This document shows, in pieces, positions 56,451 to 64,000 of a stretch of 64,000 nucleotides of DNA; the stretch's first letter is position 1; each line of letters starts with the position of its first letter. The notes beneath the pieces are model-generated. The model did no database searches and had not been told where the DNA came from. It saw only the letters and a list, made by a program, of their open reading frames with translations. The stretch comes from Flavobacteriales bacterium (GTDB lineage: Bacteria > Bacteroidota > Bacteroidia > Flavobacteriales_D > Crocinitomicaceae), in assembly GCA_947475095.1 (NCBI GenBank), contig CANJLG010000008.1:21001-85000 (forward strand), written 5' to 3'. Position numbers and translations under genes: made by a program.

Positions 56451-58367
56451 TCATTTGGCGTCAACCCAATCACCATTCTCTTTAATTAAATCAATTAAAG
56501 CTTGAACCGCTTCTGATTCGTTAATGTTTTTTCGGACAACCGTTTTTTCTTTATATAAATGAATCTTTCCCGGTCCCGTACCCACATAACCATAATCTGC
56601 ATCCGCCATTTCTCCAGGGCCATTTACAATGCAGCCCATTATTCCAATTTTTAAGCCCTTTAAATGTGCTGTTCTAGCACGTATTTTTGCGGTTGTTTCT
56701 TGCAAGTCGAAAAGGGTCCTTCCACAAGAAGGACAAGAAATGTATTCTGTTTTTGAAATTCTTGTTCGTGTCGCTTGTAAAATTCCAAATGTCGTAGAGT
56801 TGATAAATGTATGGGCTTGAGTAGCAGATATCCATAATCCATCACCAAAGCCATCAATAAGTGATGATCCTAGGTCGCTAGAAACGCCGATTTGAAATGT
56901 TTCTTGGTCTGATTCTTCCGATTCAATGAATAGAATTATGGGGGCTTTTATCTCTAATTTCGCAACATTACAATATAAATTGCGGAAAAAGTGCGTGTTC
57001 TGGACGGCTACTCCTTTTGCAACTAGTACCAAATTAGGATACTCTGCCATCGCTTCACTTAGTTCGCTTGAGCTTGTAATAAAACAAAACGCCCGTTGAT
57101 TTTGGGGTAATTCAAAAAGATTTTTAACTGTAATTACAGGATAAAACCCTTCCTTGCTGGAATAATTTTTTTTCCAATTTTCTAAAGAACACAAGGTCCC
57201 CAATGTTCCAGGTAGTTCAAAACTCAGGGAGTTTTCTCCAATATATACATAATCAGCCGCCTGATCCTGCAAATGCCACTTATCTAATTGAATAGAATAA
57301 TTATATCCAATGGCGTAAAGATTTGCGGGGGTAATTATTCCTTTTTTAGAAAAATCAGCTATTACAACGGGTACATTTTTACCTCCGATATTGTGGACCG
57401 TTTTACTTTCTCTTCTATTATATTCAAATGGGCTATATGGAAGCTTATTGAATGGTGTGTTTATGCTTGTTGACGATTGGGAATAGTAGTCTACTAATTT
57501 CTGAGCTACAGGAATTTCGTGCTCTGGTTCTTCGGTTAGTGATACGCGAATGGTGTCCCCAATGCCATCAGCCAAAAGCGCCCCAATTCCAACGGCAGAT
57601 TTAATTCTTCCGTCTTCTCCGTCCCCAGCTTCTGTAACGCCTAAATGCAGTGGGTAATACCTATTATTCTTTATCATTTCTGAACACAACAATCGATAGG
57701 CCTGAACCATAACAAGAGTATTACTTGCTTTCATCGAAACAACAAGTTGATAAAAATTGTTTTTTTCGCAGATACGTATAAACTCCATTGCGGACTCCAC
57801 CATTCCTTGTGGTGTATCACCATAACGACTTAATATTCTGTCAGAAAGAGATCCATGGTTGGTTCCAATGCGCATTGCTGTACCGTGTTTTTTACACAAT
57901 ATAACTAGCGGTGTGAATTTCTCTTCGATCCGGTTCAATTCATCATTATAGGTGTGGTCGGTATAATTAATTTCTTCAAATTTCTTTTTATCAGCATAAT
58001 TACCTGGATTTACCCTCACCTTTTCTACAATTGTTGAAGCAATCTCTGCCGCATTTGGTGTAAAATGAATGTCTGCTACCAATGGCGCAGAATAACCCGC
58101 TTCCCTTAACCGTTTCTTTATTTCTCTTAGATTTTCCGCCTCTTTCTTGCTTGGAGCAGTAAGTCTAACTATTTCGCAACCCGCCGTAATCATACGAATA
58201 GATTGGGCAACAGATAAATCAGTATTCATAGTATCTGTAGTGGTCATCGATTGAATGCAAATGGGGTTTTCTCCTCCCATTTGTATATTGCCAACCACAA
58301 CCTCCCTAGTTGGAAGACGTTTCCTTTCAAATAAATCTACACAATACTTTATATCTTCAATAAACAT
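56451..58367 (-). CDS. ispG: 4-hydroxy-3-methylbut-2-enyl diphosphate synthase, long form with inserted domain
   Basis: TIM-barrel N-terminal part (VRLTAPS, RIGTNHGSL, PLHLGVTEAG). About 270-aa insert. C-terminal 4Fe-4S domain SCPSCGRT...GCIVNGPGE. Confidence 0.9.
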   Translation of the reverse strand: MFIEDIKYCVDLFERKRLPTREVVVGNIQMGGENPICIQSMTTTDTMNTDLSVAQSIRMITAGCEIVRLTAPSKKEAENLREIKKRLREAGYSAPLVADIHFTPNAAEIASTIVEKVRVNPGNYADKKKFEEINYTDHTYNDELNRIEEKFTPLVILCKKHGTAMRIGTNHGSLSDRILSRYGDTPQGMVESAMEFIRICEKNNFYQLVVSMKASNTLVMVQAYRLLCSEMIKNNRYYPLHLGVTEAGDGEDGRIKSAVGIGALLADGIGDTIRVSLTEEPEHEIPVAQKLVDYYSQSSTSINTPFNKLPYSPFEYNRRESKTVHNIGGKNVPVVIADFSKKGIITPANLYAIGYNYSIQLDKWHLQDQAADYVYIGENSLSFELPGTLGTLCSLENWKKNYSSKEGFYPVITVKNLFELPQNQRAFCFITSSSELSEAMAEYPNLVLVAKGVAVQNTHFFRNLYCNVAKLEIKAPIILFIESEESDQETFQIGVSSDLGSSLIDGFGDGLWISATQAHTFINSTTFGILQATRTRISKTEYISCPSCGRTLFDLQETTAKIRARTAHLKGLKIGIMGCIVNGPGEMADADYGYVGTGPGKIHLYKEKTVVRKNINESEAVQALIDLIKENGDWVDAK

Positions 58368-58498
58368 CGTTTTTTACTTAATTATCAGGACAAAGTTAAT
58401 CAATACTTTATTTATTTTACATGTATTCCGTGTACTTATCACCTTTGGATTTTAATGTCATTATCAAAATAAAATCCTTATTGCTACTCAATATAAAA

Positions 58499-61400
58499 TT
58501 ATGAGGTCGTCGGTAAAACAATTGTAAATGTCGTTCCTAAATTAGGTGATGATTCAAAGAAAATCTGTCCGCCGTGATTCTCTACAATTTGTTTTACTAT
58601 TGAAAGGCCTATGCCGCTTCCTTTTGATTTGGTTGTGAAATGTGGCTGAAATATTTTTTCTTTCTGATCTTCGGGTATTCCCCTCCCATTATCTTGAACA
58701 GAAATAATAATGGTTTGATCTTGATTATATAGGCGTAAATGTATTTGTGAGTCTGGCCTATTAGCGCAGGCCTGGATGCTATTTTTAATTATGTTGTTCA
58801 AAACCTGTATCCATTGTTCTTTATCAATACTAAGAAAACAAGTGTCCAAAACTGCATCGAATGTTATGCTTGCTTTTTTATAAGAAGAAAACATTAAAAG
58901 GACATTACTAATTATTTGAACTAAGTCTGAGTGTGCCTTTTTTGGTTCCGGTAACTGAGCAAAGCTGGAAAAAGCCTTCGCTATTTTTACTAATGCGTCT
59001 ATCTGCTCAATTATTGATTTTCCGACAATTTCTAATTTTTTCTTTGAGTCTGGGTCAGATGGATCATAAACACGAAGTAATTGTTGAACACTTAATTTAA
59101 TCGGAGTAAGAGGGTTATTTATTTCATGGGCAACTTGCTTGGCCATATCCCTCCATGCAGACTCACGTTCATTCGACTTTAATAAATTAATCGCGGCCTC
59201 TAATTCAATAAGTTTGCTATTATATGCATCAACAATTGTGCTGATTTCATCCTTGGCCGTATAAACTATTTGCTGATTCTGCTGACCAAAACTTATAGAT
59301 TTTACTTTTTGTTGAAGCTGTTTAAGCGGCTGGACCAAACGTGTGGATGCTAATAATGAAATAATAATAGCGCCAGCCAAGAGGAGAATAAAAATACTCA
59401 TAATAGACACAAGAAACGACTGTATTTGTTTTTCGTAATCCTCCTGCTTGTTAAAGTGTTGAATGTTTAAATAGCCTAAAATTTGATTGCTTCCATTAAT
59501 AATTGGCACATAAACAGATTGAAAGGATAATTTTCCAATTGTTTCTTTTTGAGAATAAATACTGGATTTATTTAAAAGTTGTTGAAATGCCTGAGGATTT
59601 ATTTGTTCACTCTGTAAACCGAGACTAATTACTTTTGGTTTAGATCCTCCTAAGAGCTGTCCTTTTAGATCATAAATATTAATGTCTGTATCAAAAACGG
59701 TTGCTAATTTAGCAGTAAGCGTTTCAAAGAATGCAGCGTCTTCTGATTTTGTTAAGGCATTGCGAAAGTAGATTTTATTAATTAATTCTATTTCTATTGA
59801 TTTTACCTTTTCTGTGATTGTTTTATTGTTAAAGGATTCGTATTGGCGACTGACGAAAAGGCCGCTTACTGCACCAAAAAATATCAACGATAGGGTTACT
59901 AAAGAAACAGACATTAATTGTATTTTTAAAGCAAGAGTCCAAGTAGACTTTCCTTTTTTAATAAAAACATAAGCGGTATTAAGAACCACCAACAGCAACC
60001 CCCAAAAACAAAAAACGTAAGAAAACGAGGTTAAAACATCGTAATTGGTCTTGATTTTTTCCGATAAAATAACAGCTCGATTATTTCCCTTATAAAGCAT
60101 GTAATGATTATAACCCCCTTGATCGAAGAAAACAGACTTGCCAAGGGGTTTTTTATAAAAAGAAATTGATTTTTGAAAATCAAAATCGCCTCGTTTTGTC
60201 ACTAATTTTCCCGCATAATATTTAGCGATTGAATAATGGCCTATTTCTCTTAAAACATTTGCTTCTTTAGATAATAAAAGTCTAGGAAATCCTATTTCCT
60301 CAGGTATTTTTTTTGATTTAAAAAATAAAACCAAGGTGCCTAAATTACCCGGCATAACTTGCTTAATAATATAATTATAGCCTAAATAAGCATCTTTTAT
60401 AAAGAAAATACTTGAATTAATATCAGATGCTTGCCCATGGTTTTCGAGTAAGTCCTTTATTCTAGTGTTATCTAGCCCGTCTTTGGCGATAATCGTATTG
60501 TTAGATATGTCAAGAATAGCTACGCTTAAAGCATAAGCGTCCCAAGTCCCTGTAAAGTACTTTTGTTCAAAAAAATCACTCACTTTAGCAGTCGTTGGAG
60601 CAATCTCTAAGGATTTAAAATAATTTATCACGATTGTATCCGATATGATTTGGTTTTGAACGGTAGTATATTTTAGTTCCGCCTCCTCATCTCGGTCCGC
60701 TAAAAGCTGGCTAGCATATAATGCTCGAATTGATTTCTCTTTTTTTTCATTGTGGATAGCCAATTCTTTAACAAAGGCCGTGGAAAACAAAGCTAATATG
60801 AGCAGTTGTATTATAATCTTATTACCTCCTGTTGATGTGCCTTGAGTTATGAATGAAATGCAAACCAAAAGAGTTGGGACAAGCAGTGTTAATGTCGTCT
60901 TATCATTAAATTGTCCTCCAACTAGTAAGTAAATAAAAGCAATACTTAAAACAAAACTCCCCTGTACTATTTTCGATGGATTGGTTTCAATAAATTTGGA
61001 GCTCGCTTTGAAAAGTAGATGGTAAAAGCTATAAAAAATGGCAGCAAATAATACTACTATCGTGTAGGAATATACAGATAGCGTGAAAGGAAGGTCTAAG
61101 GTTAATGAAATCGAGGAGTTTTGAACAACTATCTCCAAAAGATCAATGATTAACCACCATATATAATAAAGAAATAGCAACAAAAGATAGCTCGAAAACT
61201 TGTTTTTAATTTGTGTTCCCCAATTAAAAAAAATGAAAATTCCGTAAATAATAACACTGGTGTTGACGAGTAAACTCAGGATGTTTGGGAACAAGCCATT
61301 AAGCGCAAATAAATTAGCTGATTGGTATTCTTGGTTATGAAAAATGTCGGTCGGTAAATAATAAAGCACGAAAATTCTTATTGCTATCAATATTATTAAA

Positions 61401-62086
61401 GATAACAAGCTATAAATGAGGTTGTTTCGTGTTAAAAAATAAAAACCAAACAATAGAAATGCGCAGGATAACACCAATAAAACAAAGGTTATATTGCCAT
61501 TTACTGCAAAAGAACTAGGATTGGGGTTGTCTTTAATATAGAATATATGCTTGCCTTTGTTATCTTTTATTGAATAGCTACCCGTTTTAGACAAAACAAT
61601 GGTTGCGGGGCCATTATAAATAGAGGTGTTAAATGTGTTTTCAAGGTATTCGTTTTCGATTTGATAGTCAGACTGAATTAATATCGAACCTTGAATTATA
61701 GTGTCTCCTTTAACCTTAGAGTAGATATAATAATAGCCATTTTTTAATTTATAGATGCCCTGCTTAGGTTTTGCAGATGTTAAGTGGGACTCCGTGGGCA
61801 TTTGTGTGGTGTTCCAGGATACTAAGTCTTTGTTTATATAGGTGTGGAAAAAAAAGCCGGTTTTATCTGCTGTAGGTTTTTTTGTATTCGCTATTGCATT
61901 ATCTAGCTGTTTTTCTAATTCTGCTAATTGAAGTGAAAATTCATCTTGAATTTTTTGATGAATCGTTTGATTTATTTTTGTCGTATTATCGCGAATATCA
62001 AAAAGGATTGCTGCTGCAAAAAACAGGGCAGAAAATAAAAACCAACTGGTCTTTTTAAGATACTTTAGTACCGTTATTTTTGTCAA
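58499..62086 (-). CDS. 1195-aa multi-pass sensor histidine kinase (NtrY-like transmitter)
   Basis: N-terminal TM plus an extracytoplasmic domain, a block of about 9 TM helices, a second sensor region, and a HAMP-like linker. H-box AKQVAHEINNPLTPIKLSVQQL, N-box VLNNIIKNSIQA, G1 VQDNGRGI, G2 SKGSGIGLSIV. Confidence 0.85.
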   Translation of the reverse strand: MTKITVLKYLKKTSWFLFSALFFAAAILFDIRDNTTKINQTIHQKIQDEFSLQLAELEKQLDNAIANTKKPTADKTGFFFHTYINKDLVSWNTTQMPTESHLTSAKPKQGIYKLKNGYYYIYSKVKGDTIIQGSILIQSDYQIENEYLENTFNTSIYNGPATIVLSKTGSYSIKDNKGKHIFYIKDNPNPSSFAVNGNITFVLLVLSCAFLLFGFYFLTRNNLIYSLLSLIILIAIRIFVLYYLPTDIFHNQEYQSANLFALNGLFPNILSLLVNTSVIIYGIFIFFNWGTQIKNKFSSYLLLLFLYYIWWLIIDLLEIVVQNSSISLTLDLPFTLSVYSYTIVVLFAAIFYSFYHLLFKASSKFIETNPSKIVQGSFVLSIAFIYLLVGGQFNDKTTLTLLVPTLLVCISFITQGTSTGGNKIIIQLLILALFSTAFVKELAIHNEKKEKSIRALYASQLLADRDEEAELKYTTVQNQIISDTIVINYFKSLEIAPTTAKVSDFFEQKYFTGTWDAYALSVAILDISNNTIIAKDGLDNTRIKDLLENHGQASDINSSIFFIKDAYLGYNYIIKQVMPGNLGTLVLFFKSKKIPEEIGFPRLLLSKEANVLREIGHYSIAKYYAGKLVTKRGDFDFQKSISFYKKPLGKSVFFDQGGYNHYMLYKGNNRAVILSEKIKTNYDVLTSFSYVFCFWGLLLVVLNTAYVFIKKGKSTWTLALKIQLMSVSLVTLSLIFFGAVSGLFVSRQYESFNNKTITEKVKSIEIELINKIYFRNALTKSEDAAFFETLTAKLATVFDTDINIYDLKGQLLGGSKPKVISLGLQSEQINPQAFQQLLNKSSIYSQKETIGKLSFQSVYVPIINGSNQILGYLNIQHFNKQEDYEKQIQSFLVSIMSIFILLLAGAIIISLLASTRLVQPLKQLQQKVKSISFGQQNQQIVYTAKDEISTIVDAYNSKLIELEAAINLLKSNERESAWRDMAKQVAHEINNPLTPIKLSVQQLLRVYDPSDPDSKKKLEIVGKSIIEQIDALVKIAKAFSSFAQLPEPKKAHSDLVQIISNVLLMFSSYKKASITFDAVLDTCFLSIDKEQWIQVLNNIIKNSIQACANRPDSQIHLRLYNQDQTIIISVQDNGRGIPEDQKEKIFQPHFTTKSKGSGIGLSIVKQIVENHGGQIFFESSPNLGTTFTIVLPTTS

Positions 62087-62088
62087 TT

Positions 62089-62730
62089 TTACTTTAAATT
62101 TAACACTTTCAATTTCATTGAACTTATTAATTGATTAAAATCTTCGTCAGCATGGTGATCGTTGCGATAAATGAAATCTGCACTATTCTTATAGGGTAGA
62201 ATATAATTGTTATAACAAGGTAAAGCGTGGTTTTCCCATTGATAAATAATATCTGCCCTGCTATACCCTCTTGTTTCTTGGTCGCGGTATATTCGCCTAT
62301 CCAACTGTATTTCATGCTCAACATCTACAAATATGGTGTAATCAAGTAGTTTTTTAACGCCCGAATAGTGGAAAAGGAAAAGCCCTTCAACAATAATTAA
62401 TCGACTCGGTTGTATCGTTAACAGTACATTTTTACTCGGTGTTGAATTAAAAAAATATTCTTTCACTTCGATCGGCTCACCTTGAGATAAGGTGCTTATA
62501 TCCTTCGTAAGTTGAACCTCGTTTAATGCTGTGGGTAAATCAAAATTAACTATGTTTTTGCTGTCTTTTTGCTGCTGCTCTATTGGATTGTAATAGTTGT
62601 CCATGCTGAATATCGCTGGGTTTTCTTTGTTGAAAAATTCCGCGAGACGTCGTAACAAAGTTGTTTTTCCTGATCCGCTTCCGCCACCTATTCCAATAAT
62701 AATCGTTTTACCTTGAAACTCATTGTTCAT
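62089..62730 (-). CDS. udk: uridine kinase
   Basis: P-loop IIGIGGGSGSGKTT and a C-terminal nucleoside-binding region. Size 213 aa. Confidence 0.88.
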   Translation of the reverse strand: MNNEFQGKTIIIGIGGGSGSGKTTLLRRLAEFFNKENPAIFSMDNYYNPIEQQQKDSKNIVNFDLPTALNEVQLTKDISTLSQGEPIEVKEYFFNSTPSKNVLLTIQPSRLIIVEGLFLFHYSGVKKLLDYTIFVDVEHEIQLDRRIYRDQETRGYSRADIIYQWENHALPCYNNYILPYKNSADFIYRNDHHADEDFNQLISSMKLKVLNLK

Positions 62731-62840
62731 AATATTACAAAAATAATGATTTACAAAGACTTTCGATTGGTCTCTAAAGTTGTTTTTTTTTATTTTAATG
62801 TGTAGTTTTGACTTATTATTGTTTTTCTAATTTTCGTATA

Positions 62841-63452
62841 ATGGCTCGCTTGTTTTTTTCCTTCTGTTTTTTATTGCTTGGTTCAACTCTTTTAGGACAA
62901 TTAAACCTTAAAGATAATGCGCCCCTTGCAAACGAGGTTTTACCTTCTGCTAATTCAGAAGGGCTTTCCCTAAGCCTTGCCGCTAAAAAAAATGGTTTAG
63001 TGGTTGTTTTTAGTTGTAACACCTGCCCCTTTGTTGTTGGTAGTGAAAGTTTTCCTGGGTGGGAAAATCAATACAACACCTTGTTTGAGCAAGCTATTCG
63101 GCAAGAAATAGGATTTATTCTTGTTAATTCCAATGAAGGTAAACGAGACGGAGCAGATTCCTTCACCGAAATGCAAAAGCATGCGCTGGATAATGGATAT
63201 AAAATGCCTTATTTGTTAGACAACAACTCATTGTTGGCAAATGCATTTGGTGCAAAAACCACTCCTCATGTTTATTTTTTTGACGAAAATCTTAGCTTGA
63301 TTTATCATGGTTCAATTGATAATATCTGGGATAAAGAACGCAAAGAAACAATTCCTTATTTAAGCAACGCAATGCTAGCAAAAAATACAGGAAATAAAAT
63401 TAAAATTAAACAAAGCTCCCCTAAAGGTTGTAGTATAAAAAGAAAACCATAA
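62841..63452 (+). CDS. thioredoxin-fold thiol-disulfide oxidoreductase (AhpC/TSA-redoxin family)
   Basis: Signal peptide MARLFFSFCFLLLGSTLLGQ, redox motif FSCNTCPFV, and KTTPHVYFFD (cis-Pro region). Start moved to the ATG at 62841. Confidence 0.75.
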   Translation: MARLFFSFCFLLLGSTLLGQLNLKDNAPLANEVLPSANSEGLSLSLAAKKNGLVVVFSCNTCPFVVGSESFPGWENQYNTLFEQAIRQEIGFILVNSNEGKRDGADSFTEMQKHALDNGYKMPYLLDNNSLLANAFGAKTTPHVYFFDENLSLIYHGSIDNIWDKERKETIPYLSNAMLAKNTGNKIKIKQSSPKGCSIKRKP

Positions 63453-63462
63453 ATTCTTAAAA

Positions 63463-64000
63463 ATGAGTGTTAAACTATTTTTTATCCTTTTTCTAATCGC
63501 GTTATCAGCAGGAGCGCAACAAGGAGATGGAGGAGTTCCTAACAGTTATAAGTTAATCGGGGACAGTAAGTCCTTGGATAAAATTTCTTTTGGGCAACCT
63601 GATATAGCCTTATTAAAAGCTGAGGATTTAATAACTGAAGAGTCTGGGTCTGCTCCTTGGCGTTTTGGGTTTAATAATTATTGTGCTGTTTCTTTGTCAA
63701 ATAGTGGGACATGGACGGTTTTGCCTAACGGTAATAAAATATGGCGTTTATTGGTTCATTGTGAAAAAGCATTGACAGTTAACCTAACTTTTAAAAATGT
63801 AAGTATTCCAGAAGGAAATGAACTTTTTATCTATAATCCTGATAAATCATTTGTCTTGGGGAAATTTACCGCTTATCACACGTATGATGGCCAATTAGGA
63901 ACAGAACTTGTTCCGGGTCAAGATGCTATTATAGAATATTTTATTCCTTTTAATAATCCTGTTGGAAACATAGAATTAGGGATAGTAACTCATGGATACA
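63463..64000 (+). CDS. secreted protein, 3' end beyond the window (possibly the pro-region of a trypsin-fold/lysyl-endopeptidase-like protease)
   Basis: Not in the ORF track because it has no stop before the window end. I translated it as MSVKLFFILFLIALSAGAQQGDGGVPNSYKL...APWRFGFNNY...WRLLVHCEKALTVNLTF...ELGIVTHGY. It has a signal peptide. The functional guess rests only on recalled similarity. Confidence 0.45.
   Translation, partial: MSVKLFFILFLIALSAGAQQGDGGVPNSYKLIGDSKSLDKISFGQPDIALLKAEDLITEESGSAPWRFGFNNYCAVSLSNSGTWTVLPNGNKIWRLLVHCEKALTVNLTFKNVSIPEGNELFIYNPDKSFVLGKFTAYHTYDGQLGTELVPGQDAIIEYFIPFNNPVGNIELGIVTHGY

Noticed and set aside
56451-58367. IspG is nearly twice the E. coli length; considered a gene fusion or an insertion of foreign DNA
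   Set aside because: The extra segment of about 270 aa sits between the TIM-barrel and the 4Fe-4S domain in a single frame. That matches the known long IspG class with an inserted domain, so it is not a mobile insertion.

Overview
AT-rich, densely coding chromosomal segment of about 60 genes. Gene content and order, plus T9SS C-terminal sorting domains, point to Bacteroidota (Flavobacteriia-like). Most of it is housekeeping: ppk1 (5' truncated by the window edge), galE-tatD-ansA, pth, asnS-rpoN, glmS, panC-panD, hemL, kynU, purN, acpP-fabF-rnc, sdhCAB, ispD, cysS, pepP, ftsX-uppP-truB, ispG and udk. There is also one tRNA-Ser(GGA), a carotenoid tail-end operon, three very large T9SS-sorted surface proteins and a 1195-aa orphan NtrY-like sensor kinase. 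I saw no IS elements, prophage genes, CRISPR arrays or rRNA. The best candidate for an uncharacterised system is a translationally coupled six-gene operon at 15893-22797. It encodes a DltA-like adenylating enzyme, a GNAT, a small carrier protein, two SGNH-like proteins (one ending in LysM) and an MBOAT. That is a Dlt-like parts list in a diderm lineage without teichoic acids, with non-canonical order and extra components. Secondary curiosities: two extra direct copies of the tRNA-Ser 3' end just downstream of the tRNA; a GC-rich glycine-rich T9SS cargo gene with long Gly-X-Y runs; and a 558-bp convergent spacer holding only mini-ORFs. All functional calls come from motifs read in the supplied translations plus recalled family knowledge. 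No database search was run.
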